Part shown: positions 49,513 to 59,158 of the stretch, one piece after another
How positions within the stretch are numbered: position 1 is the stretch's first letter
Layout of the letters: each line of letters opens with the position of its first letter
Origin: Candidatus Hydrogenedentota bacterium
GTDB taxonomy: Bacteria; Hydrogenedentota; Hydrogenedentia; Hydrogenedentales; SLHB01
NCBI GenBank assembly: GCA_963674865.2
Contig: CAXXYE010000006.1
Coordinates: 128,001 to 192,000, forward strand
Direction of reading: 5' to 3'
DNA length: 64,000 nucleotides
Translations under genes and position numbers: made by a program
The notes under the pieces: model-generated
Told to the model about the DNA's origin: nothing
What the model saw: only the letters and a program-made list of their open reading frames with translations
Databases searched by the model: none

Positions 49513-52512
49513 ATGCGAGTTTCACCACGTTCCCGTGTCTGCGCAATCTGTTGGATGCTCACCTTATCAGCCGTCTGCTATGGAGATGTGGAGCCACCGA
49601 TGAAAACAACCGTACCTGAGAACACATATGTAGGCGAACTCGTTGCCTTTCCTGGGCCTTGGACCTTCCAAATCGGGAGGGCTCATATCATCCTCGTGAC
49701 GGATGAGGAACTCGACATCCTGGCCGAGAAGCCCGATCAAGTGCTCAACCTCGCGACAAGCTTCCACCCTCGCGAGGAAAGCCTGCGCCAGGTATGCGAA
49801 CGCGCTCAACGGCGCGGCAGCCGGACGCTGGTGGTAGCCTTCGACCACTTCTTCAAGCAGTATCGGCCCGGACAGGATACGCCGCGCCGGCTTACACCGG
49901 ATATGGACGAGTACATAGAGCGCATCGCGAAGGTTGGCGCCGTCGCTCAGGAATACGGACTTGGCCTGGAACTGAGTCTACTCAGCCCGCTCGAGATTGG
50001 CCCGGGCTGCGCCGCCCAAACCGGAGAATCGGGACGGTGGATGCACTACCGCAAAGGACTGCGCGATCCTGAAACGGGCGCCTTCAGCGTGCAGCTTTGG
50101 CGCCAGCGGCGTTGGGTCAATAACAAGGGCCCCATCGACGTCCAGGACGCGGGAGTGCGCGTGTTCGCCTTCAAGGAAAAGGCCATTGGCGGCACCCCCT
50201 ATCGCGTCGTTGACCCTGCTGACATCGTCGAGATCTCAGACGTTGCCGAGGTGGAGACTTGGCCCGGCGCCAAGACGGGCGTTGCGTGCCGGGTGCGTAT
50301 CCACGGCAAAGGCCGAACGGATGTGGGATCCCTCGACCGGGTCCTTGTCGTGCAGCAGTATCGAACGCCCGAGATGGACTACTTCAGCGAAAACGCCTTG
50401 CCCTATCTCAAGGGGCTTATCGATCATTACGCCGACGCCGGGATCCGCCTCAACGGCCTCTACTCGGATGAGATGCACATCCAGCAGGATTGGTCCTACT
50501 CCCGACACCATGACCACGGGGAGTTTGCCCTGCGTTACGTCAGCGATGGGCTCGCCCAGCGGTTCGCCGAGCAATACGGGGACGAGTACCGCGATTTCGC
50601 CAAGTACCTCGTCTACTTCGCCTACGGCCAGGAGGACTTTGCGCACGGACTCGACGCAAAGGAGGGGATTATGCATGTGTTCGGCGAGTCCCCCGAGGCC
50701 ATTCGCCGGACGGCCTTGTTCCGCTCTCGGTACTACCACATGCTCCAGAACGGCGTCGTCGACCTCTTCGCAGCCGCCAAACGCCATGCCGAGGCGCGAA
50801 TGGGCCACCGGCTCGAGGCGAGAGCACACGCCACGTGGGCCGAAAGCCCAACCATCGATTATTGGCGCGTGGGACAGGAGCGGCAGCAGAAACACCAGTA
50901 CGAGTACACGCCGAATTTCATCTGGTCCTGCACGGCGCACCAGGCCGCCGCAGCCTGTCAGGACTACTTCAAGTGGGGAGACTACCTCACGGGCAACGGG
51001 AATGACCACGCCGAGGGCGGTTGGATTGATCGGGACTACTTCGCTTTGGCTCTGGCCTGTTCGACGGGAATCTTGAACGACGTGCCTTACTCCTACGCCG
51101 CTCACTGGGGAATGCCGGCGGAGATCAGGCAACGCCGCACTGCCCTCGTGAACACATTCGGGGCCGCCGGCTCGCCCCTCTGGGGCATCGTGGAGGACAT
51201 GCAGCACCGGGACGTCGAAGTCCTTATGCTCTATCCGCTTGACCTCGTCAGCGTCGAGGAGCGGTTCGGGAGCTGGATGACGCAGTACGGCTATGCCAAT
51301 TACATCACCCAGGCGAAACTGCTCGAACGCGGACACGTCAACCAAGGGGCCATCGAGATGGCCGGCCGCCGTTTCACGACGTTGGTAGCCATGTTCGAGC
51401 CATTCCCATCGGAGCGTCTGCTCAGTCTTGCCCGGGAACTTGTTGAATCGGGCGGGCGCGTGATCTGGGCCGGCCCGCCTCCGCTCCTGACCTGCGAAGG
51501 CGGCGACGCTTTGAGCGAATGGCAAGATTTGTTTGGCGTAACGTACGCCCCAGGCCAAAACGAGGGCCGGATAGTGCCCGGTAGAACGATTCGGTTCGAA
51601 GGCGCCTTGGCGGGCGTTGCGCCGCAAACCATCCTGACGGACTTCCTCGTAGACAGGGCCTATCCCGTCACGCCCGGTGAGAGTGCAACCGTTGTGGCCC
51701 GTTTGAGTGACGCGGTTGTGGGAACCCACCGCGGTTTGCCCTCAGGCGGAAGCGCCACCTTCCTCGGATACCGGCCGCGCGACGATCAGTCGGGGAGCCT
51801 TGGGGAAGAATCACGCAACTGGTTTGAGGTGCTGGACGCCCTCGGCGCCTATCCCGCCACGGGAGCCTTTGGGCAGTTCAACGACAACACGGAACATCTC
51901 TCACGCACGACGGACTATTTGGCCTGCCGGTTCCCGAATGGCACCGTGGCCATTGTTCACCATTTCCGCAACTACGAGGAGGGATGGTCCGGCGGCTTCG
52001 CAAGGGACGAGGAGCAGGACCGCGCCTACATGGAACAGCACCCCCTACCGAGTGGGCATGTCACACTTCAGGACTTCAGGATAGACGGCCACACGGTAAC
52101 CTACGACGGTGACTTGGCGATGGCGTTCCGGGTGAATGATGCAGGCGATCTCATCGCGTTTGCCGGTGATGGAGCAAAAGAAATCACCATTGATGGGCGA
52201 ACCACCATATTTGCCGATCAGCCGCTCGGGCAAGTGGCCTGGGCGCCCGTGCCGCCAGCGCGGCGCGTTGAAGGCGGCGCCGTGCTCCAACTTATGGTGC
52301 ATGGCCGGGGCGAGGTCCGTATCCCCGCGGCCGGCCTGCCCGAAATGCTCGACCTGGTTGTCGAAGGCCCAACGCCGGGCAGCCGCGGCGCCCCCGTACC
52401 GTGCCGTCGCGAGAATGGATGCGTCGTGTTCGATGTTGATCAGAAGGTATCGGGCCGTTGGATTTACGGCGTTCCCCGTCTGAAGGAAACAGGTGATGAG
52501 GCCCAAGGTTAA
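49513..52512 (+). CDS. Large secreted hypothetical protein, probable glycoside-hydrolase-like
   Basis: Signal peptide; 999 aa; GLYSDEMH, aromatic-rich barrel-like core; trimerisation/GATase-like segment (VESGGRVIWAG). Confidence 0.55.
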   Translation: MRVSPRSRVCAICWMLTLSAVCYGDVEPPMKTTVPENTYVGELVAFPGPWTFQIGRAHIILVTDEELDILAEKPDQVLNLATSFHPREESLRQVCERAQRRGSRTLVVAFDHFFKQYRPGQDTPRRLTPDMDEYIERIAKVGAVAQEYGLGLELSLLSPLEIGPGCAAQTGESGRWMHYRKGLRDPETGAFSVQLWRQRRWVNNKGPIDVQDAGVRVFAFKEKAIGGTPYRVVDPADIVEISDVAEVETWPGAKTGVACRVRIHGKGRTDVGSLDRVLVVQQYRTPEMDYFSENALPYLKGLIDHYADAGIRLNGLYSDEMHIQQDWSYSRHHDHGEFALRYVSDGLAQRFAEQYGDEYRDFAKYLVYFAYGQEDFAHGLDAKEGIMHVFGESPEAIRRTALFRSRYYHMLQNGVVDLFAAAKRHAEARMGHRLEARAHATWAESPTIDYWRVGQERQQKHQYEYTPNFIWSCTAHQAAAACQDYFKWGDYLTGNGNDHAEGGWIDRDYFALALACSTGILNDVPYSYAAHWGMPAEIRQRRTALVNTFGAAGSPLWGIVEDMQHRDVEVLMLYPLDLVSVEERFGSWMTQYGYANYITQAKLLERGHVNQGAIEMAGRRFTTLVAMFEPFPSERLLSLARELVESGGRVIWAGPPPLLTCEGGDALSEWQDLFGVTYAPGQNEGRIVPGRTIRFEGALAGVAPQTILTDFLVDRAYPVTPGESATVVARLSDAVVGTHRGLPSGGSATFLGYRPRDDQSGSLGEESRNWFEVLDALGAYPATGAFGQFNDNTEHLSRTTDYLACRFPNGTVAIVHHFRNYEEGWSGGFARDEEQDRAYMEQHPLPSGHVTLQDFRIDGHTVTYDGDLAMAFRVNDAGDLIAFAGDGAKEITIDGRTTIFADQPLGQVAWAPVPPARRVEGGAVLQLMVHGRGEVRIPAAGLPEMLDLVVEGPTPGSRGAPVPCRRENGCVVFDVDQKVSGRWIYGVPRLKETGDEAQG

Positions 52513-52963
52513 GCTGAGTGCCATTGTCGAGGCCATGTCATTTCGCTCGGACGAACACCATTCCTTCGTCAGCAAGAAGACCTGCGACGTCATCACATTG
52601 AGCAAGCACGAGTTGCAGGCCGCGCATGACGGCGAGCCGCTCGGATTCTTTCCGCCATGGCAACAAGAGAACGTGATCCTGGCCGATAAGGTCTTGGTCA
52701 CCGGAGACTATTGGCTCCTGCCCGACCGGATCGAATACGACGAATTCGGCATGATGGAGCGGTTTTGCGTCGGCATTGGCGATACGCAGGTGCAGGAGAA
52801 GCTGCGCCGGGCACTGAGCGGCGATGAGCCCTTCAAAACGTTCCGCTTGCTCATAAGAGAGCACGAAATCGCAGACGACTGGTACACCTACCGAAAGGAA
52901 CTGCTGAAAACCGTCGCGATCCAGTGGTGCGAGGAAAAAGGCGTGCTCTTTGACGATTCGTGA
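52493..52963 (+). CDS. UPF0158 family protein
   Basis: LPDR..YDEFGMMERF…LRRALSG..PFKTFR…WYTYR…AIQWCEE. Confidence 0.8.
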   Translation: MMRPKVKLSAIVEAMSFRSDEHHSFVSKKTCDVITLSKHELQAAHDGEPLGFFPPWQQENVILADKVLVTGDYWLLPDRIEYDEFGMMERFCVGIGDTQVQEKLRRALSGDEPFKTFRLLIREHEIADDWYTYRKELLKTVAIQWCEEKGVLFDDS

Positions 52964-52997
52964 GTCCGGTGTGAGAGTTCCGGCACTGTTAACCTAC

Positions 52998-53035
52998 GGC
53001 CGGGAGAGGCCTTTGCGGCGCCTCTCCCGGCCTTT
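52998..53035. terminator. Hairpin between convergent genes (probable terminator)
   Basis: GGCCGGGAGAGGC…GCCTCTCCCGGCC 13-bp stem followed by TTT. Confidence 0.6.
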
Positions 53036-53056
53036 GCGTCATACACTTGATTGCGA

Positions 53057-54175
53057 TTAGTGATGCGAGAAGCACCGCTCCATGGCGAAGACCATGGTCG
53101 CGCCCGCCTCGTTGCACGCCTCGATGGCCTCGTAGTCATTGACGCTGCCGCCCGGCTGCACGATGGCCTTCACGCCCGTGCTGGTAGCGGCGTCCACCGC
53201 GTCGCGGAACGGGAAGAAGCCATCCGATGACATAGCCGCGCCCTCGAGCGTCTCAGCGCCCTTGTACTTCTGCTTCGCCTTCACGATGGCCTGCTGCACC
53301 GCGCCGACGCGATCCTGCTCGCCCGTCCCGACGCAGATGGTCTGGCCGTTCTTGGCGATGACGCAGCCGTTTGAGCGGACGTGGATGTTCACATACCAGG
53401 CGAACAGCAGATCTTCGAGTTCCTGCGGAGTCGGTTTCCGCTCGATATCAATCCGCCCTTTCGTCTTGTGCTCGTTGTAGGCCGGCACAAGGTCATCCAC
53501 TCCTTTAACGCGGGAGAGGTAAGGCATTGCGAGGACAATGCTTCCGTCGTCGAACACCTTCATCTCACGCACGTCCGTACCCTCGTCGATGAACTTGGGC
53601 AAGCCGGAGGGATCCGGGATCCTGATGATCCGAATCTGCTTGTTCCGTTTGAACTTCTCGAAATTGTTGAAGACTTCGAGCGCCTCGGGGGCGAACGACG
53701 GCGCGGCAACCCCCTCGACAATGGACTGCATGATCTCTTCGGCGGTGTCGGCGTCCACGGTAGTGTTAAACGCGACGACGCTGCCAAAAGCCGCTTGGGC
53801 ATCGGCATCACGCGCGCGTTGATACACCTCGACAAGCGGCTGGCCACCCGTCTGAATGGCCGCCCCCGAAGGATTGCAGTGCTTCATGACGGCGCACGCC
53901 GGCCGCTGCATGTACTTGAGGATGCCGACGGCGTGGTGCATGTCCTCAAGATTGGTTTGGGACAAGCCGCTCTTGCCCGTCTTGAGGATTTCGTAGGCCC
54001 CAAGCACCAGATTCTGCCCATCGGCGGGACGATAGAACGCCGCAGGCTGGTGAGGGTTAGTGCCGTAGCGCAAGTTCTCAACCTTGACGTACTTCCGGCC
54101 GACGACTTCGATGGCGTCCGGAAACTCCCCTTCCGTACGGGTACGGTACATCTGTTTCAGGTCTTTCTCAGCCAT
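53057..54175 (-). CDS. purH: PurH-like AICAR transformylase domain protein lacking the N-terminal IMP cyclohydrolase domain
   Basis: LRYGTNPHQ, KHCNPSG, AFG, RSN, GEQDRV, SSDGFFPFRD, QPGGS, RCFSH. Confidence 0.85.
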   Translation of the reverse strand: MAEKDLKQMYRTRTEGEFPDAIEVVGRKYVKVENLRYGTNPHQPAAFYRPADGQNLVLGAYEILKTGKSGLSQTNLEDMHHAVGILKYMQRPACAVMKHCNPSGAAIQTGGQPLVEVYQRARDADAQAAFGSVVAFNTTVDADTAEEIMQSIVEGVAAPSFAPEALEVFNNFEKFKRNKQIRIIRIPDPSGLPKFIDEGTDVREMKVFDDGSIVLAMPYLSRVKGVDDLVPAYNEHKTKGRIDIERKPTPQELEDLLFAWYVNIHVRSNGCVIAKNGQTICVGTGEQDRVGAVQQAIVKAKQKYKGAETLEGAAMSSDGFFPFRDAVDAATSTGVKAIVQPGGSVNDYEAIEACNEAGATMVFAMERCFSHH

Positions 54176-54232
54176 TAGAGACCTCCTTATTGGGGCGGCT
54201 CGAACACGAGCGCAGCCATAACGAACGCCCTG

Positions 54233-54275
54233 AAAAACAAACACGCCCGGGTGTCTGTCTCTCAGCACCCAGGCG
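54233..54275 (-). terminator. Riboswitch-controlled intrinsic terminator
   Basis: Minus strand CGCCTGGGTG…CACCCGGGCG followed by TGTTTGTTTTT. Confidence 0.75.
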
Positions 54276-54344
54276 ATCGGCGCGAATCCGTCCCTGCCGC
54301 TCCACCGTGGTCAGTTCCACGTCAAGTCGCCAGTCGCGGCGGGC
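54266..54344 (-). ncRNA. ZMP/ZTP (pfl) riboswitch
   Basis: Minus strand GCCGCGACTGGCG…GTGG-loop-CCAC..GGAGCGGC…GCCGATCGCCTGGG consensus, upstream of purH. Confidence 0.9.
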
Positions 54345-54418
54345 CTCCTTTTTGATGGAGCAATCGTGCCAGAAGCTCCGCCGGATTTCAACCTGGCGAT
54401 ATCCGCGAACCCGTCCCG

Positions 54419-55360
54419 TCAGACGGCACTACGCTGATCCACGTAGACGCCGGCGCCAATTGCCTGGAGGGCCTTCTGACGAAGCCGCGAAGTTATCTCG
54501 AAGACTCGTTGCGTGCTGGAGGCATCCTGGCGATTGCCCGCGGTAATGCAGCACAATACATCCAGCAGCCGCGCGGCAGCCGCGCGACTTCCCGGAGCAC
54601 TGGCCTCATGATAGGCCTTGCCCTGGCTTATACTTTCGTAGAACCGCTCTCGATGGGCCAGCCAAGTTTCCCGAACGCGCTCGCAGTACGCTCTGGCGTC
54701 ACTCTCCGGCAGAACAACCACGAAATGTCCCCCGCCCATGTGCCCCACCGAAAACTCGCCTTCTTTGAAAGAAGCGCCGCAGCGCATCAGGCCGCGTGCA
54801 AGATGGCGGATGGCTCTTTCTCGTGCGTCCCCTCCCGTACGTCGTCCAAAGTCCCGGAGATTGGTGAGTTCAACACACGCAAAAGCGAATTGCTCCTGGA
54901 GACTGATGCGCTTCTGGAGTTCGCGCTTAAACGCTTCCCCATCGGCAAGCTCCGTAAGCGGATCCTTGCCGCCGCTTGTTCCAGAAGCCCGTAGGAGCCT
55001 GGTAACGCGTTGTGTCAGTTCCTCGCCGCTGAACGGTTTTGCGAGGTAGTCGTCCGCTCCCTGCGCCAATCCGTGCATAACTTCTTCGTGGCCATCCATA
55101 GCGGAAACCACCAGGATAGGCATGGCATAAAGCTCAGCGTCCCTACGTACCCGACGGCAGACCTCGAAGCCGCTCACATCCGGCAGCATGACATCAAGGA
55201 TCAGCAGGTCGGGCGTCTTCGACTTCGCGGTTTCAACGGCTCGCGAGCCCGATGTTTCCAGCGCACATTCGTGTCCCACGCGCGACAGATGCTTACCTAT
55301 GCTGCGCGCGGTCTTGACATCGTCATCGACGACGAGGATTCTAGCCACGACTACTACCAA
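54419..55360 (-). CDS. Response regulator receiver plus degenerate GGDEF-like domain
   Basis: LVVDDD, LDVMLP, GADDYLAKPF; DPLTEL…GHMGGGHFVV. Confidence 0.85.
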   Translation of the reverse strand: MVVVVARILVVDDDVKTARSIGKHLSRVGHECALETSGSRAVETAKSKTPDLLILDVMLPDVSGFEVCRRVRRDAELYAMPILVVSAMDGHEEVMHGLAQGADDYLAKPFSGEELTQRVTRLLRASGTSGGKDPLTELADGEAFKRELQKRISLQEQFAFACVELTNLRDFGRRTGGDARERAIRHLARGLMRCGASFKEGEFSVGHMGGGHFVVVLPESDARAYCERVRETWLAHRERFYESISQGKAYHEASAPGSRAAAARLLDVLCCITAGNRQDASSTQRVFEITSRLRQKALQAIGAGVYVDQRSAV

Positions 55361-55578
55361 CCTCTCTACTTGAAGACTAACGCAAGGGGACAGGGAGTGA
55401 CCGCCCCAGCCCCCTCTTACTCTCTCCGCTCACCCATCGCCATGCCCGCCCCCCCACCGCAGGGCACCAAGCAACAATAGCCTCCCCAATAGGTTACGTC
55501 ATTTGCCGTGATGCCGTCAAGGGTTGTAGATCACGCGTCTTTTCAGCCTGTTGCACGCGGACGGCGACCACGAAGCGA

Positions 55579-55728
55579 CTACATCATGTAGATGAATGGG
55601 GCTACCACAGGCATGGCGGTGCCAGCAAGCATAAGCAGGCCCAATAGAAGTAAGGCTATGAGGATCGGGGCCAACCAGAACTTCTTCCGCACACGCAGGA
55701 AGGCCCAAAGCTCTCTGAGTAGTTCCAT
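55579..55728 (-). CDS. DUF5989 (SxtK-like) small membrane protein, 49 aa; not in the ORF track
   Basis: Manual translation MELLRELWAFLRVRKKFWLAPILIALLLLGLLMLAGTAMPVVAPFIYMM; RKKFWL.P and APFIY motifs. Confidence 0.85.
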   Translation of the reverse strand: MELLRELWAFLRVRKKFWLAPILIALLLLGLLMLAGTAMPVVAPFIYMM

Positions 55729-55955
55729 GGCGCGATTTTATCACACCCCAGCCGCGCAATTCCTCAACACAGTACTTTCCCCGCGGTCAGGGCGCGCACG
55801 GTGTAACACCGAGGTCAATTGCCGCCAGAATCCTCGTAGTAACGGGTAGGCGTTGTCATCCTGACACTCCGCACCTGGAAAAGATACCGTGAATCGAGCA
55901 CAAAGAACTCTGTAGACGTGAAGGGCGGGCAGCCTGCGTGGTTCCAGAGGCCCCG

Positions 55956-56357
55956 TCAGAACTGATTCAAATAGCGCTCCACCTCCGCCGGCTGCTCGTC
56001 CGGCTCCTCCCAATAGGTTGCCGCGTCCGGTTGCCACTTCCTGCGCAACGCGTCCTTGCCGGCCATGGTGAAGATGAGCCGCATGGGCACAAAAAGCCCC
56101 CAGAACACCACGGTTAGGAGCAGACGGATCATCACCCAGTGCATCGCCATGGCGAACTTCATCCACAGGAAGAAGACGGGACGCAACACAAAGGGCGCAG
56201 CCGCCGCAAAGACGAGAAAGGCGCCTCCGACTATGAACGCCCAATACGGGGGATGTCCGGAGAGCCACCAGCGGATCAGCCCAATGATCGCAAAGCAGAC
56301 GGCCATCACCAGGCCGAATTTCCGCTGCTCCCTCCTGTCGCTCGTGTCAACCAGCAT
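55956..56357 (-). CDS. SxtJ-family membrane protein
   Basis: RKFGLVM, LRP…WM.F, GKDALRRKW…TYW…NQF. Confidence 0.8.
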   Translation of the reverse strand: MLVDTSDRREQRKFGLVMAVCFAIIGLIRWWLSGHPPYWAFIVGGAFLVFAAAAPFVLRPVFFLWMKFAMAMHWVMIRLLLTVVFWGLFVPMRLIFTMAGKDALRRKWQPDAATYWEEPDEQPAEVERYLNQF

Positions 56358-56360
56358 CGG

Positions 56361-58175
56361 CTAATCCAGCTCGTATTCCTGCATCCACTGATCGTTCTTG
56401 TCCCAGGGCTCCTGCTGTCGCTTGTCGAGAAGAAACGACCCCATCGCAAGGAAGTCCATATCGGTTCGCATGAAGCACGTGTAGGCGTCCCTCGGCGAGC
56501 AGACAATCGGCTCGCCGCGAACGTTGAATGAGGTATTGATGACTACCGGGCACCCCGTCTTCTCGTAAAACCGGCTGATGAGCTCGTGATAAAGCGGATT
56601 ATCATCCTTGTCCACGGTTTGCACCCGCGCTGAGTTGTCCACATGGGTGATCGCGGGCACATCCGATCGGATTACTTTGAGCTTGTCGAAACCTTCCGCC
56701 CCCTCTTCGTCTGCGCTCAGTTCCCGGAGGCGTTCCCGCTTAACAGGCGCCACGAGCAACATGTAGGGACTCTCGCGATCAAGCTCAAAATAGGCATCCA
56801 CGTGCTCGCGCAGCACGGTAGGCGCGAATGGACGAAACGACTCCCGGAACTTGATCTTGAGGTTGATTAGCGACTGCATCTCTCGCGATCGCGGATCGCC
56901 CAGGATACTTCGCCCGCCGAGTGCGCGCGGGCCGAACTCCATCTTGCCTTGAAACCACCCAACAACTTGTCCACCGGCGAGCAGTTCAGCCACCTGCTCG
57001 CACAAGTCCTCCCGGGCCAGCCGCGTATAAGGGATATGCTCCTCGTCCAGATACGACTGAATGGCGTCATCCGTGAAAGCAGGGCCCAAGTACGAAGCCT
57101 TCTGCCGCCGGCCATCCGCCTTCCGCTCGTTTCCGAGCAACTGGTGCCACACGAACAGGGCACATCCCAGTGCGTCGCCCGCGTCGCCCGCTGCCGGCTG
57201 AATCCAGACGTTCTCGAACGGGCCCTCACGTAGGACGCGGCCATTGGCCACGCAATTGAGGCCCACGCCGCCCGCGAGCACGAGATGCTTCATATTCGTA
57301 ACGGCTTGCACCGATCGCGCCATGCGGAGAATGACTTCCTCCGTCACGGCTTGCACCGACCGCGCCAGATCCATCTCGCGCTGCGTGATGCGCGATTCGG
57401 GCACACGCGCCGGCCCACCGAAAAGAGCGGCAAAACGGGCATTTGTCATGCGCAGGCCACCGCAGTAGTCGAAATACCGCATATTCAGCCGGAATGAGCC
57501 GTCTTCCTTGACATCAATCAGTTCGCGGAGAATGACATCGACGTAGCGCGGCTCGCCATAGGGGGCGAGGCCCATCAATTTGTACTCGCCGCTGTTCACT
57601 TTGAAGCCGGTGAAATAGGTGAACGCGGAATAGAGAAGTCCCAGCGAATGGGGAAAGCTGATCTGCTTCAGGATCTCGACGCGGTTACCCCTGCCCACTC
57701 CGTACGTCGACGTGGCCCATTCACCCACGCCGTCCAAGGTCAGGAAGGCCGCCTCCTCAAAAGGACTTGGGAAGAATGCGGCGGCGGCGTGCGACTGGTG
57801 ATGCGTTGGGAAAAGCACCTTCCCTTCATACTTGAGCTTGCGCCGGATGGTCTTCCGCATCGAGATCTTCTCGGTTAACCACAGCGGCATCTGGTCGAAG
57901 AACGACCGCAACCCCTTCGGGGCCACTGTCAGGTACGTCATCAGAAGACGCTCGAACTTCAGGAAGGGCTTGTCATAGAAGGCGACGTAGTCCACATCCT
58001 CGATGGCGATTCCGGCCTGCTCAAGACACGCCGCTATAGCCTGCTCCGGGAACCGCGGATCATGCTTCTTTCGTGAGAACCGCTCTTCTTGGGCGGCGGC
58101 CACGATATCCCCGTCCCGCACGAGACACGCCGCGCTGTCATGGTAGAAAGCGGATATGCCAAGGATGGTTGTCAC
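56361..58175 (-). CDS. O-carbamoyltransferase (NodU/CmcH family)
   Basis: GISAFYHDSAA, QEERF, HHQSHAA, DGVGEW, GEYKLMGLAPYG, EFGPRALG, RESFRPFAP, NTSFNVRGEP. Confidence 0.95.
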   Translation of the reverse strand: MTTILGISAFYHDSAACLVRDGDIVAAAQEERFSRKKHDPRFPEQAIAACLEQAGIAIEDVDYVAFYDKPFLKFERLLMTYLTVAPKGLRSFFDQMPLWLTEKISMRKTIRRKLKYEGKVLFPTHHQSHAAAAFFPSPFEEAAFLTLDGVGEWATSTYGVGRGNRVEILKQISFPHSLGLLYSAFTYFTGFKVNSGEYKLMGLAPYGEPRYVDVILRELIDVKEDGSFRLNMRYFDYCGGLRMTNARFAALFGGPARVPESRITQREMDLARSVQAVTEEVILRMARSVQAVTNMKHLVLAGGVGLNCVANGRVLREGPFENVWIQPAAGDAGDALGCALFVWHQLLGNERKADGRRQKASYLGPAFTDDAIQSYLDEEHIPYTRLAREDLCEQVAELLAGGQVVGWFQGKMEFGPRALGGRSILGDPRSREMQSLINLKIKFRESFRPFAPTVLREHVDAYFELDRESPYMLLVAPVKRERLRELSADEEGAEGFDKLKVIRSDVPAITHVDNSARVQTVDKDDNPLYHELISRFYEKTGCPVVINTSFNVRGEPIVCSPRDAYTCFMRTDMDFLAMGSFLLDKRQQEPWDKNDQWMQEYELD

Positions 58176-58303
58176 TGCGCCCTACAACTCCGGAGCCCTG
58201 CTGCCCAAGGCGATTCTACCGGACATCGGCGGCAGGCATCAATGCTCTTCAACACCTCACGCGCCGTTGAATTGGCCCAGGGCCTCTGTTACCCTCACAC
58301 GGC

Positions 58304-59158
58304 ATGAGCGGATACCTATATACGGACGCGCGACAGCGCCAGGTGTGGCGGATCATCCCGGATCTCATTCGGGCGCGGGAACTGCTTATTGACTTGATTT
58401 GGAAGGACTTGCGCGCCCGGTATCGCTACGCCGTAATGGGCTTTTTCTGGGCCGTGCTCGAACCCGTCGCATTGATGCTCGTCCTGACCTTCGTGTTCTC
58501 GGTGGTCTTTCGCCAGCGGGTGGCCTTCACCGTCGGCGAGGAAGGCCCACCATTCGCCACGATGGTGCTCTGCGGACTGATATTCTGGCAATTCACGGCG
58601 AACGGCCTGACAAGCGCGAGCCAGGCGTTACTGGACAACCGAACCCTCGTGCAGAAAGTCCATTTCCCGAGGGAGGTCGTGCCTCTCGCCGGCATGGGCT
58701 ATCCCCTTGTGAACCTGTTCATCGGCTTCTTCGTGCTGCTGGGAGTCCACATGATCCTTGGCGGCAGCCTTAGCTTGGCCTTGCTCTGGTTTCCGGTGGT
58801 GTTCGCCCTGCAATGGGTAATGACGGTAGGGCTGGCGCTGCTGCTCTCCTGCGGCAACGTCCATTTCCGCGACATCGGCTACATGGTGGGCGTGGCCGTC
58901 ATGTTCGGGTTTTACGCCTCGCCCGTGTTCTACCCGCTCGAGTGGGTAACGTCGCGCAATGTACCTGCGTGGGCGCTGCGGGCCTACGAGTGCAATCCCA
59001 TGGCCGAACTGCTGACGGCGTATCGACAGATTCTCTTCGAACATCGGGCGCCCGACGCATGGCTCCTGGCATGGCCTGCTATCGTTGCGGCGGCGGTGCT
59101 CGTCATCGGCGTCATCGTGTTCCGCCGCCTCGGGCCGACGCTATCGGATCATCTCTAA
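58304..59158 (+). CDS. wzm: Polysaccharide ABC exporter permease (Wzm/TagG-like)
   Basis: DLRARYR…GFFWAVLEP, LVQKVHFP, FRD, FYASPVFYP, NPMA. Confidence 0.88.
   Translation: MSGYLYTDARQRQVWRIIPDLIRARELLIDLIWKDLRARYRYAVMGFFWAVLEPVALMLVLTFVFSVVFRQRVAFTVGEEGPPFATMVLCGLIFWQFTANGLTSASQALLDNRTLVQKVHFPREVVPLAGMGYPLVNLFIGFFVLLGVHMILGGSLSLALLWFPVVFALQWVMTVGLALLLSCGNVHFRDIGYMVGVAVMFGFYASPVFYPLEWVTSRNVPAWALRAYECNPMAELLTAYRQILFEHRAPDAWLLAWPAIVAAAVLVIGVIVFRRLGPTLSDHL

Noticed and set aside
57298..57367. 22-nt near-perfect direct repeat (ARSVQAVT twice) in the carbamoyltransferase
   Set aside because: Only two in-frame copies within a helical coding segment; not a CRISPR or mobile repeat
55579..58175. Saxitoxin biosynthesis cluster
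   Set aside because: Only sxtI/J/K-like genes are present; no sxtA, sxtG or other core genes
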